From contig NC_043005.1 of NCBI RefSeq assembly GCF_006345805.1, positions 89,032,001 to 89,096,000 of the forward strand: 64,000 nt of DNA, written 5' to 3'. The DNA is from Octopus sinensis (Eukaryota). Positions within the stretch are counted from its first letter, which is position 1, and every line of letters starts with the position of its first letter. A program made the translations under genes and the position numbers. Shown here one piece after another: positions 1-13,471 of the stretch. The notes under the pieces were generated by a model that was not told where the DNA came from, ran no database searches, and saw only the letters and a list, made by a program, of their open reading frames with translations.

Positions 1-223
1 GTTCATATTTTCTTTGCTTTTTGCCATATTAAAGCTCACTAAGCATTTCCATCTTCTTGGTTTTTCAACACACACGCGCGTGCACACACACACACATACA
101 CACACATATATATATACACATATACACACGCACACATATATATATATACATATATATACACATGCACACATATATATACATATATATATAAATATATATT
201 TATAAATATATATACATATACAT

Positions 224-384
224 AATAAATATAAGAGAGTGGTCACTATATTGCTCACTCTAGCACCAGTTAATCCAAAAGGTTTCAACCACGAAAATAC
301 ATGTTTCCCATTTTCGTGGTTGAAACCTTTTGGATTAACTGGTGCTAGAGTGAGCAATATAGTGACCACTCTCTTATATTTATT
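224..384. repeat. Perfect 75-bp-arm hairpin with 11-nt loop (tiny foldback or MITE)
   Basis: 224-298 is the exact reverse complement of 310-384; loop ACATGTTTCCC. Confidence 0.95.
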
Positions 385-671
385 TTGTAAAAATATTATA
401 ATATGTTATAAAATATTATAATAATCCAGGTTTCTCGTAGCACTAGGCCACTTGGTGTTGAATAAATATACTATTAAATTAGTATCTAATTCTCTCACCC
501 TTATTAATTAATTATACATATACATATATATATATATATATAAACACACATATATATATACATATATATATTCATATACATACATATATATACATATATA
601 CATATATATATATACAATCATGCATACATATGGATATACATATATATATACATATATATATACACACACAC

Positions 672-706
<35 letters not shown>

Positions 707-783
707 TATACATATGGATATATATAAACATATATACATATGTATATGTTTGTGCGTGTGAGTATATATATATATATATATAC

Positions 784-841
<58 letters not shown>

Positions 842-1039
842 AGATATATAGATATATACATATACATATGTGTATATGTGTGTGTGTGTGTGTGTACGGG
901 TATGTATATATACATATACGTCACATTTTCTGCGGTTTCTTATATCTGTCAAAATGTCTATATGATGAGCACTGTTGTTTATATCCTCCCTGATAAAATT
1001 GATGCATTGCTGATCATTATTCATCCTGTCGAAAAAGCG

Positions 1040-1740
1040 GCGGGTTTCACATTATTCTGGGTTGGGAAGCCGAAGGGAGAGAAAATGGAAGGTGGTGTTG
1101 GGTTTGCAATTAGAAGTGATGAAACTCCGGTTCCCTCTTCCTTGTGGACGTTTTGTAACTGCTTTCTCTATTTGTGCTCCTACACTTTCAACTAGGGAGG
1201 AAAATATCCATGCATTTTATGAGGAGCTTAGAAGAAGTATTCTGTCAGTCCCTTTGAATGAGAAGTTGGTTGAACTTGGTGATTTTTATTGTACGTCTTG
1301 ATTGAGACAATGGGGCTTGCAATGTATTTAGGCGTTATGGAATAGGAAAGGTGGACAAAAACGGGTTGCATCTGATACAAATGTGCTCTGAGCTAGGGTT
1401 CAGTATTGGTAATACTTTCTTTCATCATAAGATGAAACATAAAGTTACCAAGGCCAAAGCAAGGTCACATGATTGATTTTGTATTCACTCGGAAAGCTGA
1501 CTTACAAGAATTGTGCAGTCTCAGAGTATTGCGAGGTGCTGATTGTGATACTGGTTACAAAATGGTGAGGGCCAAGTTCAAGTTCAGGGTCCGGAAGAAG
1601 ATTCGTAGTGCAGGTATACGAGTACCAAAGAACATTGATGCAGAGCAGCTAAAACAACCACAAGTTTTACACTTGTTTCAGAAGAGATGCAGCAATGTTC
1701 ATTTTGGAGGTTCATGGCATTCTTTACGGGATGGAATATA
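1040..1740 (+). mobile_element. RTE-clade LINE fragment (APE endonuclease region), decayed
   Basis: Broken frames give FWVGKPKGEKMEGGVGFAI, FYEELRR...LGDF and MIDFVFTRKAD...VLRGADCDT. Confidence 0.75.
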
Positions 1741-1799
1741 AAAAATGCTTATACATTCTAAATATTTCAAATCTACCGCAGAATACTACATGTCTCTGT

Positions 1800-2231
1800 T
1801 GGACGAACTACAGGAAAATTTGAAACAGAAACACCGTGAAAAGCTGAGCCGTTATATCCTGTTCTTGCAGGACAATGCACCAGCACACACAACACATGAA
1901 ACTGCAGAAAACATGTGACTTTGGTTTCGAATAGGTAGTCCATTCTCCTTGCTCTCCTGGCTTGGCCCCCTCCGACTACCACCTTCTTCCCCAACTGAAG
2001 AATGTTCACAAGGGAAGAAAATTTCACTCCAATTCGGATCTGATCGCTGCTACAGACGCTTGGTTGGAGGCCCAACATTTCGATTTCTTTTTACAGGGTT
2101 TAAAAAACTGAAGGACCGCTGCAATTTGTGTGTGAATGTGAGGGAGGAAATATGTTGAATAACATCACAATTAACTGATTCTTATGTATTTTCTTTTACC
2201 CAGAGCCAGGAACTTTTCAGCACCTCCTCAT
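1800..2231 (+). mobile_element. mariner (DD34D) transposase 3' fragment with terminal sequence
   Basis: Frameshifted translation FLQDNAPAHT...HSPCSPGLAPSDYHLLPQLK...FKKLKDRCNLCV. Confidence 0.85.
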
Positions 2232-2615
2232 AAAAATCCTACGTCACAACAATTAGTTACCTATCTATAAAATATGCTTAACATTTTTAGAAAAAAATAT
2301 GCGTGTCATATTATGTGAAAAGCAATTACAATTAATGAGTTATTTAGAATTGAAGTATTTAAATGCTTTTCTATATTTGTGAGAACATTTCATTGTAAAA
2401 TACCTTTATAATTCAATGATATTTATTTAAAAGTAATTATATAATACCCCAAGGCAAAGATCACGTTTAAAATTACCAGTATTGTAATAATGGACCCCAT
2501 TAAATCATACTTAATGTTCCTATCCTTTGAATACTAAATGTGAGCATGAGACATGGACATTAAAGGATGATGATAATGATAATGAGGTTGAGGATGATGA
2601 TGGCAAAAATGATGT

Positions 2616-2649
<34 letters not shown>

Positions 2650-2888
2650 GATAATGATGATGATGACAATAATGATGTTGTTGTTGATGATGATGATGAA
2701 TAAAGAGTATTGCCAAGAAAATAAATGCTGTTGGTGGCCAATAATTCCAACGAGAATTGAAGTAATTTTTCATAACCTCACTATTTTGAACACAACGTGT
2801 ACAGTATTCGTAGCGGGTGTGATTTATTGCTCTTTTTTATTTTTAGATATTAAAATATTCTATTTGAATAACTCGATATGAAAGGAAT

Positions 2889-3246
2889 GAGGGTTCCGGT
2901 TGATCCGATCAACGGAACAGCCTGCTCGTGAAATTAACGTGTAAGTGGTTGAGCACTCCACAGACACGTGTACCCTTAACGTAGTTCTCGGGGATATTCA
3001 GCGTGACACAGAGAGTGACAAGACCGGCCCCTTGAAATACAGGTACAACAGAAACAGGAAGTAAGAGTGAGAGAAAGTTGTGGTGAAAGAGTACAGCAGG
3101 GATCACCACCATCCCCTGCCGGAGCCTCGTGGAGCTTTTAGGTGTTTTCGCTCAATAAACACTCACAACGCCCGGTCTGGGAATCGAAACCGCGATCCTA
3201 TGACCGCGAGTCCGCTGCCCCAACCACTGGGCCATTGCGCCTCCAC
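2889..3246 (-). mobile_element. tRNA-derived SINE with 11-bp target-site duplication
   Basis: Minus strand carries A-box TGGCCCAGTGG and B-box GGTTTCGATTCC. TSD ATGAAAGGAAT at 2878-2888 and 3247-3257. The empty site is visible in the paralogous copy near 10050. Confidence 0.92.
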
Positions 3247-3340
3247 ATGAAAGGAATAACATCAATGCCGTTCCAACTATAACAAACCAGGTGATACACA
3301 CCCAGTGGTGCAGGAGGTCAATGAGTTGCATAAGAAATAG

Positions 3341-3384
<44 letters not shown>

Positions 3385-4278
3385 TGTGCACATATGCATA
3401 TGTGTATATATTTATTCGTTTGTGCATTTATGTGAGCGTGCACAATGCAAACAATCTTATGATTTTCAATTACGACATCAAGAAACCAACCAGTCACCTG
3501 TTCACTTATTAATGTGGTGGCCACACAAAGGAAGTTTGACTACATTCTCACCAGAAAGCAGGAAAGCTGGTTGCTTTGAAATACAAAACCCTTCCCAGGT
3601 GAAGAGTGTAGACCTCAACATAGGTTAGTTAATAGTGACTTCAGAGTCACTATTTGATTTTTCATTTAAATTTAGTTACATCTTCTGTGGCGTCACCCTA
3701 AGAAGCTTGCTTCTCAACCATTTCGCCTGAAATATAAATAGGGTCTGAAGACTTTCATCCTGGAATATAAGATGTTTCTCGGGTCGAGAGACTTCTTTAA
3801 TATTCTCGCCCGTTCCGCTATGCACAGCTTGCAACTACATTGATGTAGGGCACCATTTTTTCTAGGATCTTCCCTGTGAATACCTATGGAGTCCCTTCGT
3901 CCTTCATGCGCCACGGCTGGCTAAAGACATGACATAACGTCTTCCCAGGATCCTTAACGAGGACTTGTGGTTGGAGAGGCGCTGCTTCAAGGTGTTTCCG
4001 GAACATCCGATGTATTTTTGAATGCTGCTATTGCCGTCGCTGCTTCTGTTGATGTTGTTGACACTGTTACTTCGGCTGTTGTCGGCGCTGGTGTTGGCGT
4101 CGTTAATGCTGGTGTAGGGGACATCATCAGTGGCGAAGTTGGTGTTGGTGCTGTTGTTGTCATTGTTCGTGTCTCCGTTGGTGTTGCTATAACCATCGTC
4201 GATGTTGAAGCCGTTGTCTGCGCTATAGTGGTTGTAGTTACTCTTGTTTTTGTTATCATTATAAACATTATCATTAAT

Positions 4279-4487
4279 GCGGCGACCTGGCAGAATCGTT
4301 AGCGGACCGTGTGAAATGCTTAGCGGTATTTCGTCTGTCGCTACGTTCTGAGTTCAAATTCCGTCGAGGTCGGCTTTGCCTTTCATCCTTTCGGGATCGA
4401 TTAAATAAGTACCAGTTACGGGCTGGGGTCGATGTAATCGACTTAATCTCTTACCCTAAATTTCTGGCCTTATGCCTAAAGTAGAAA
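4279..4487 (+). mobile_element. tRNA-derived SINE (short family with GCCTTTCATCCTTTCGGG core)
   Basis: A-box TGGCAGAATCG, B-box GAGTTCAAATTCC. Same family at ~10777-10986 (-), 15752-15933 (+), 54518-54690 (+), 61305-61918 (+) and 62705-62938 (-). Confidence 0.85.
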
Positions 4488-5368
4488 TTATTATTATTAT
4501 TATCATTAGCGAGCGAGCTGCTGCTATTTCTGGTCTAGTTGCTGCCGTGACTATTATTAATACCAGCGATGGTGTTGCTGCTGGGTCTGTTACTGCCGTA
4601 GTTGCTGGAAGGGTTTCTGCTGCTGTTAGGGTCAGACAGTACTTCACAAACGTAACAGGCACCTATGCCAATGGCATGGGTGTCACATAACTGGCACCCA
4701 TGCCAGGGCCACGTAAAAGGCACCTTTCGAGTGTTGAGGCTCAAGAGGGCAATGGCAAATGACCGAGCCCTTTGGCAATATGTTGTATTTGAGTAGAAGA
4801 CCCATCAAGCAAAATGAAATCGTAATCGTGGCAGATATTAGTGCCATGCAACTGGCACGTAAAAGCACCCGTTACACTCTTGGAGTGGTTGACGTTAGGT
4901 AGGACATCCAGCCATAGAAACCATACCAAACCAGACAGGAGTTTGGTTCAGCCCCTCAACTTAGCAGCCTTGGTCAAACGGACCAACCCATGCTAGCATG
5001 GACAATAGACATTAAATGATGGTGATGATGATGTTGATGATGATACCACTACAGCCTCGTACACGACCCACTTAGTTTCACACTGGCCTCCCACTGACCA
5101 TCTGCTGTAGTCCCTGCATGTGCATCCTGCTACCGCTTGTGCCCTACGGGTGTTAACTAAAGTATTCTTAATACTGGGGGTGCAGCTAAAAGAGAGACTC
5201 TTAGGTTGTGTCAGTTGAATAGGAGTCCATACCTATGCGATAGTGTAAAGGGCCTATCTACTAGCCTAAGGAATATCCTATCTGGGTAACCCTATGAACT
5301 GGCCATAACTAACTTTCTCCTGTTCTATAACACAGAGCGTGCTTATCTTTAAGATTTATGATTTATTG

Positions 5369-5735
5369 ACGATATGGCTGTGTGGTAAGTAGCTTGCTTA
5401 CCAGCCACATGGCTTCGGGTTCAGTCCCACCGCTTGGCACCTTGGGCAAGTGTTTTCTACTATAACCTCAGGCCAACCAAAGCCTTGTGAGTGGATTTGG
5501 TAGAGGGAAACTGCAAGAAGCCCGTCGTATATGTGTCTGTAAATGTTTGTGTGTCTGTGTTTGTCACCCTATCATTGCTTGACAACCGATGTTGGTGTGT
5601 TTACATTTCCGTAAGTTAGCGGTTCGGCAAAAGATACCGATAGAATATGAATTAGGTTTACAAAGAGTAAATCCTGGAATCGATTTGTTCGACTAAAAGC
5701 GGTGCTCCAGTATGGCTGCAGTCAAATGACTAAAG
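5369..5735 (+). mobile_element. tRNA-derived CORE-type SINE
   Basis: tRNA-like head, CACCTTGGGCAAGTG core, internal microsatellite and GCTCCAGYATGGCYGCAGTCAAATGAC tail. Relatives at ~17091-17562, 21325-21485, 22660-22810, 44281-44496, 47365-47780, 48040-48190, 59366-59520 and 63115-63310. Confidence 0.8.
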
Positions 5736-6143
5736 TATATAACAGAATAATAGAATATATATGTATATATATAATACACACATACTTACACAAATATATG
5801 TATGTATGTATGAATGTATGTATGTATGTATGTAGGTAGGTAGGTAGGTACGTGGGTAAGTAGGTAAGCATGTGTATGCGCGTGTGCAGTGTGTATGTGT
5901 GTTTCCTTGTCTAGACATCAATGATGGTTGTAAATGAGCATCACCAACATACGAGAGGGGTTGTTTGTTTCCATTCAGTCTTCCATGGAAGATGTTGACT
6001 ATGAGAACTTGCTTGGAAACGGGTGAGAACATCTGGCCGTAGAAAATCTATTGCCGCAAATTCCGCCTGATCCATTTAAGCATGGAAACATGGACATTAA
6101 CTGATGACGATGACGATTTATATTCCACACAGGATCTAAGCAT

Positions 6144-6225
<82 letters not shown>

Positions 6226-6313
6226 GCAATATTGTCTGTAGCATTTCAAAGGAGAATTTTATAAAACATTACACAAATGTGTAAAATTTCGATCAATCTC
6301 TCTTTCGTCGTCG

Positions 6314-6362
<49 letters not shown>

Positions 6363-6489
6363 GTCTTTATCTGTAGAAAGAGAAAACAAAATGAAAGATA
6401 TATCTTTCTATTCTACTTTTAAACCAAACTTATTTATGCTGTTTTTTAGACATTTTATTTTATTTCATTTTATACAGATTATCTAAAGC

Positions 6490-7345
6490 TGTTTCAAGTG
6501 TGTATATTAATTTAAAAACCTGAGCATAGCGATTTAGAAATGTCTCGATTTTTGAAAGTTGCCAGATCAACTAGAATGCATAAAAAGCATCAGAACACCT
6601 GAATTTATCCAGCAAGTTCAACAGACCATTGTTTACAATCCCAGAAAGTCCATAATGTCAATTGCGAAAGATCTCCATGTTTCAGAAGAAACAGTTAGAA
6701 ATGTTGCCCTCGGAGACATCAGATATAAGTCTTATATGATGAAGAAAGATAAATTCGACCGAAAAAGCAGAAGAAAGTCACTACATCAGATCTAAAAGGT
6801 TCTTAAAACTGCAGCAGAAGATTTGATTTGGTTTTTCTCAAACGAGAAAAACTTCGACCAAGATCAAAAAGTTAAGAGAAGAAATGACAGATAGTTATGT
6901 GCAGACCCTTCTGAAGCTACAAATGTTAAGCATACAAAATTTCCTGCAACTTTCATGGTTTTAGGCGTTGTCAGCAATGAAGGATATGTGATTCCCCCTT
7001 ACTTCTTTCCACAAGGCTTTAGAGTTAACTCTGTCGCCTACATTGAGGTCCTGGAAATAATTGTTATGCTCTGGATAGACAGTGTATGTAATGGAAGGCT
7101 ATATGTGTTTCAGTAAGATTCTGCACTATCACACATGGCTCTAGTAGCTCAAGAATGGATGACTGAAAATTTTCATGATCACATAACCCTTAACATTTGG
7201 CCTCTTCATTCCCCAGATCTCAATCCATTGTACTATTACATGTGGAGCGTTGTTGAGAGAGAGGTCAATGAACATGCCCATAATACCGAAGATTCTTTGA
7301 AAGATACCATAATCAAAGTAATGTCCAAAATGAACCAGGACCACT
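6490..7345 (+). mobile_element. Tc1/mariner superfamily DD37D (maT-like) transposase pseudogene
   Basis: FSNEKNF (first catalytic D mutated), FQ*DSALSH, WPLHSPDLNPLYY. There are 37 residues between the second Asp and the mutated third Asp. In-frame stops and frameshifts are present. Confidence 0.85.
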
Positions 7346-7789
7346 TGATTCAAGCTATGGGTTGTGCGGTTTGACTGGAGCTGGAAAGAAGGAAGGTTGC
7401 ACAGGCTCCAGTCATCTGTTTTGGAATGGTTTCTATCGCTCGATGTTCTTCCTAATGCCAACCGCTTCACAATGTGCTTTATGGGTGCTCTGTACGTGGT
7501 GCTGGTATGGGTGATGTTTACGAACCACTGGCACAGGCAATCTATGCTTGATGCCGCTTTGCATGGGGTGCCAGCATAGGTGCTTTTCACATGGCCCAGT
7601 ACCCCTGGGGTTGCCAAGTAGCTTGCAAGAGAAGGACATCACAGCTGAGAGAGGAAAAGGAACCGAGACGAGAGGCCGTGTGCCAGTTGCGTGGTTGGCA
7701 CAAGTCTCTCCTCTCGGATCCTTTTCCTCTGACATTACCCATCGTACAGAGTATGCTGACTTCATTTCCTTTGTTGTCATAGCCCATGT

Positions 7790-9830
7790 TTCACTGCCAT
7801 GTAGCATGGCCGTTCGCATACAAGCATCATACAATCTGCCTTTCATTCTGAGAGAGTGAGAGGCCCTTTGTAATCAACAAAGGTAGCAGCCCTCTGAACT
7901 TTACCCAGATCATTCAGAGCTTCCTCCTTTATTGCTAATTTGGTCCCCTAGGTAATGGAAACTATCAACTATTTCTAAGGACACCCCTTGACATTTCTTC
8001 TGTTTCCTTTACATTCCTAGTGTTTATTGTACCTGCGCATCTGCCACACACAAAAACTAGTTTCTCTGTTAGTCTTCCTGTAATACTGCTGCACCTCTCA
8101 TGTGTCCATAGCTTGCACTGACTAAGCTATATTAAGTTCCTACCAACACCCTTTCTATATATATGGAGAAGGGCCATCTCCCTGAAGGCATTAGTGTTTT
8201 ATTGGTTTTCCTACTTACTAGGATTTTAGTATTTCCTAAATTAACTCTAAGGCCCTTTTATTCCAGACTTTGCAGCCACACCTGAAACTTTTTCTCTAAT
8301 TCTGGTAGAGATTCAGCAATAAGATCAAGGTCAATAGCGTAGAGGAGCTTCCATGAGCAACACATCCTAAATTCCTCTGTTATGGCCTGGAGGACTATGA
8401 TGAACAACGGGAGTCTGAGAACCGATCCATGGCGTACTTTTACACGTTCATTGAATTCATAGCTATACTCGTTGTCAACCTTCACCTTACTGTCGGCATA
8501 TCTGTAACTGGTTCTATGGCTCTCACCAACCACTCATTTATTCCATTTATCCCTAATCTTCTGCGTTGCCCACCAGATAAAGGAACAGAGGAGCCCCTCA
8601 AAGACTTTCTCCATTTCAATGAAAGCAAAGTACAGAGGTTTGTATTTGAACAAGTACTTCTCCTGAAGCAGTTTCAGCAAGAAGATAGCATCAGTTGTGC
8701 ATCTTCCTGGCACAAAACCAAACTGCATTCCATCAAGACTCTCCCTTTTAAAATTTTGACCCTCTCTGTAACATTCATCACCTGTTCCAGCAATTTGATA
8801 CCTTTGTAATTATCTCTGTCGAAAGTATCACCTTTACATTTGTAGAGTTGACTATAATGTTGCTACACCAACCATTGGGTGTGTCACCTTCATGGACAAC
8901 CTGGTTAACTAGGGTTAACTAGGGTGACTAGCTCATTTCCACCTTCACCAGATATTTTATACATCTTAGCTTAATTCCTGATGGGCTGCAGGCTTTCCCT
9001 GTCATCATATCCTTAATTGCTTTATCTACCAGGCTACTGCCGATTTAGATAGCTAGTCCCTCATTTGGGTCCACATCAGGCAGATTCTCCTTCTGCCATA
9101 CTTTCTCTACATTTATCAGTCTTTCATAGTGGCACCTCCAAGCCTCTTTCTTTGCAGAATCTCTAAATGCAAGTGAACCATCATCCATGCAAACACACTT
9201 CGATCCTACAACATCGTTATTGTTCTCTGCCATGCTCTCTTGCAATCCGAAACACCACAAATCTCTGGTCTTCATGCTGCAGGACATTGGTAAAGTTCTA
9301 CCTTTTTGCTTCTGCCCTGTCTAAATATGCCTGTCTCCTATCTTTCCTTCTGGCTTCCTGGAATAGTTCTGTTCTACCACCACTCTTCCAGTCCTTCCAG
9401 GCCCGTTCTATTCTCCAATAGCCCTGTCTACTTCCCTGTTCCACCACCATGTCACCTTAGGGGTGGAGAGGACTTTGCACCAGCCACAAATTTGGTCAGT
9501 GGCCCCCATTGCGTTGTCTCGTCGGAACCTCCAGTTGTCCTCTATGTTATTCATATATTACTATCTTCTCCTTGCCAAATGCTTCATTTAGAATCTCTCT
9601 AAATCTCTGACTATTCAGAGGATCCTTAAGCTTCCAAATCTTTCTTTTCCAAACTGGCTTGCTTCTTGGCGTCTTTCTAGCCTGAACTCTGAATTCACTA
9701 TTAACTAACACATGTTGGGGTTTGCACTCTTCACCTGGGAAAGGCTTTGTATTTCTAAGCAACCAGCTTTTCTGCTTTCTGGTGAGAATGTAGTCAACCT
9801 TGCTTTTTATGACCACCACATTAATAAGTG
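7790..9830 (-). mobile_element. RTE-clade LINE remnant (endonuclease end, RT, C-terminal region)
   Basis: KVDYILTRK...GEECKPQH; QFGFVPGRCTTDAIF; HGSVLRLPLFIIVL...LLYAIDL; KGRLYDACMRTAMLHGSETW. Confidence 0.88.
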
Positions 9831-10657
9831 AACAGGTGAGTGGGTGGTTTCTTGAAGTCATAATTGAAGATCATAAGGTTGTTTGCATTGTGTACGCTCA
9901 CATCAATGCACAAACGAATAATATATGCATATGTGCACATGAATATATATATATACATACATATATATACATATAAGCTATTTCTTATGAAGTTCATTGA
10001 CCTCATGCACCACTGGGTTTGTTACGGTTGGAATGACATTGATGTTATTCCTTTTAAATTGTTGAAATGGAATATTTTAATATCTAAAAAGAAAAAAGAG
10101 CAATAAATCACACCCGCTACGAATACTGTACACGTTGTGTTCAAAATAGTGAAATTATGAAGAATTCCTTCGATTCTCGTTCGAATTCTTGGCCATCAAC
10201 AGCATTTATTTTCCTGGCAATACTCTTTACTCCTCTTCTTCTTCTTATTCCTCCTCCTCCTCCTCCTCATCATCATCATCATCAACGTTGTCGTCATCAA
10301 AGACCATGTCCCATCGTTACATGTATTCAGTGGTTTGACAGGATCCAGTGGGCTCAAGAACTGCACATGCCACGTGACCTCGCACGCCATGGGTCATGTG
10401 ACTTCTCCCAAATTACCTGTAAAGAAAGAAGTGTCAGCTTTTCTTGTTACCAAAATATATTTCTTTCCAAATAGTAAAACACTACAAAACACATATTCAA
10501 ATGATGTGATTTCTTCGTTTCATTGTTGTTCAATAGATACGGCTTTTAAGTGGGTGAGTGTGTGTGTGCGAGTGCGTGAATGTGTGTGTGTATGTGTATG
10601 TGTGTGTGAGTGTGTGTGGCAGTGTGTGTGACAGTGTGAGTGTGTGTGAGTGACAGT

Positions 10658-10699
<42 letters not shown>

Positions 10700-11379
10700 G
10701 TGCGTGTACATATCATGAATTGTCTTCATATCCTGTTTGTCTGAACATTACTTTTTTGCATTAATACAATTATCCTTTCAACCATAGGCACAAGGCCTGA
10801 AATTTGGGGGAGGGGGATAGTCGACTACATCAACCGCCAGTGTTTCACTGGTACTTAATTTATCGACCCTGAAATGATGAAAGGCAAAGTCGACCACGGC
10901 AGAATTTGAACTCAGGAGGTCAAGGCAGACGATATACCGCTAAGCATTTCGCCCGGCGTGCTAACAATTCTGCCAGCTCGCCGCCCTCCGCATTAATACA
11001 ATAATCAACAAGACTTTTAAGATTCCAGAGTTTACAAGGACCAAAAATCACCTGGGAATTATTTTAAGCAAAAACGATTGTGCCAAAGAATATGTCAATT
11101 GAAACATTTTACCATGAATACAAATTCATCAGCATCACATTTTAACGTCCTTTTTCTTTGCTGGCATGGGTTGAATGGTTCAACATGAACTGACGAGCAA
11201 GAAGGCCACACTAAACTCTAGTGTCTGCTTCGGCATGGTCAGTACAGTTTGATGCCACTCTTAACACCAACCACTTTACAGAGTGTACTGGGTGCTTTCT
11301 TCATGGCACCAGAGAGTAACTTGCAAGATGAGATCCCACAAGTGAGTGGGGACATTGTTTCAGGTTCATTTGACCCATG

Positions 11380-11690
11380 AATAGTCAAGAAGGAAGGCGA
11401 AAAGATAAATAAATACAACCCTCTTAAGTACGAATTAGCCCGTCTATGGATAATGAAGGTGAAGATGGTACCAGTAATTGTTGGGTCCTTGAGAAGAGTA
11501 TGAGAAAGCATCAAGGGGAATATAAAGGAAACTGGAACAGAGAAGCCAGTAGAACTGTTAGAAAAGGTTTACCTCCTTGCCCCGGCTAGAATAATCAGGA
11601 AAGTATTAGACAGCTGAATAGAACAGATACCGTGGTGGTGTAGGCTGCAGGTAGCAAGCCTGCTAGGCATGGAATACTCCAGGAGCTCCA
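11380..11690 (+). mobile_element. R4/Dong-like LINE 3' fragment
   Basis: KINKYNPLKYELARLWIMKVKMVPVIVGSL, a restriction-like endonuclease C-terminus. Confidence 0.7.
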
Positions 11691-11704
11691 ACAAAGAGAG
11701 AAAG

Positions 11705-11754
<50 letters not shown>

Positions 11755-12248
11755 GTATAATAAGCCATGCTCCTACTTTTCTTTAATACTGTTAAATCTT
11801 ATCAATTATTTATAAATGTATAATGTAATTATAATATCTTCATTTATGTTGTAAATTTATTTTATGTTATTGAGACCTAAAGGGTGGCTATGTATTGTTA
11901 GATCGAAGAAATATTAATTTTTGAGATTATTGAGTTTGATATTGTCGGTTTGAATACATCGTCATGAAACGCGCGTCGTTGTTTTAATGTGTATTATTTG
12001 GTATAGAAATTTTTAGTACATTGTTAATAATAATATATTTAAATTTATATTTTATTATAGATAATATCTTTCAGTATTAATAGAATTACGTTATGGAGGT
12101 TCTGTCTATTAATCCTACATATATTTATACATACTTACATATATATATATATATATATATATGTAGGTCCCGGGTTGATTCGGGGTTAACCACAGTAAAT
12201 AAGGTACTCAATACATAGCAGAGTAAAATTAATTTATTATATAGAAGG

Positions 12249-12299
12249 AGCTTCTACAGGACTAGAACTGTTTCATTCAAGAGAAATCTTCAGGAAGCT
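12249..12299 (-). ncRNA. Type I hammerhead ribozyme motif, mirror copy
   Basis: Exact reverse complement of 14923-14973, located in the left arm of the palindrome. Confidence 0.7.
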
Positions 12300-13428
12300 A
12301 GTTAACAAGAATTGTATTGGCATTTATACATTTTGGCAGGTTTAACGGGGTGTTGGTGGGGGACTTTTTTGGGGGTAGGCATAGCACAAAATATCATACT
12401 TGGGGGGGTGGTCAAGGAGTCAGTGTTAAATTAGATAGAAGAATAAATAAAAAAATAAAAAAATAAAAAATAAAAAATAAAAAAAATAAAATAAAATAAA
12501 AAAAACTATATATAAAAAAGAAAAAAAAGAAAAAAAACAAAAAAAAACAAAAAGAAAAAACAAAAAAACCTATATATAAAAAAAGGGGGGATAGAGTTTT
12601 AGGTAAATAAGGAGATTCTCACTTATACCTATGCACACATGTATACATACATACACACACATACAAACATATATACATATACATACACACATACATACAC
12701 ACACATATATATACATATATATACACTTACACATACACATGCATATACATATCTACACATACACATATATGTATACACACACACACTCACATGCATACAC
12801 GTATACACACATGTATATATACACACACGACCTCACATACATATACGCACAGAAAAATATATATACACATACACACACATACTCACATACACGCATACAC
12901 ACACATATCCACACACACACATGCACACACAGCACACTAGTCCCTATATACACATATATACACATACACACACATATACACACACATACATACATATACA
13001 TACATGTATACATATACATATGTGTACCTATGCAAACCTACACATACACACATATATATACACATACTAATACAGACCCATTCCCTAATTTTAATTTTAT
13101 TATCTTCGTTTATTACTTTTGTTATCTTTGGCCGCTTGGTCACAAACATCTTGGCTATGACAGCCAGTCCATTTATCTGTCTACTGGAAAACAAGCACTC
13201 ATTCACTCACGCACACTCTTTAGCACGTACTCTCACTCATTCGTACACTCATACACATACACGCACGCACGCGTTATATTCATACATACATCCATCTACA
13301 TACATTCACGTATATACACATACGTACGCGTACCTACAGATTTATGTCTACACTCTTAGAAGGCTAGTCTATATATATACACCAATAAATATAAATACAC
13401 ACACATACATATACACCTACATACAAAT

Positions 13429-13471
<43 letters not shown>

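Larger units (their letters stand above)
2701..10229. repeat. Diverged inverted segmental pair: 2701-3647 and 9686-10229
   Basis: Colinear reverse-complement homology covering flank, TA microsatellite and the LINE junction. The left copy carries the SINE insertion. Confidence 0.88.

Noticed and set aside
2889-3246. tRNA-like A/B boxes here and in many other copies
   Set aside because: These are SINE heads: no complete cloverleaf, and they continue into SINE body and tail. They are not tRNA genes.
3967-4302. Mucin-like Thr/Pro-rich ORF (-) and Val/Gly-rich ORF (+)
   Set aside because: A degenerate GYT/GTT triplet tract that is open in several frames, with no convincing splice sites or family motif. 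A mucin exon is not strictly excluded but is unsupported.
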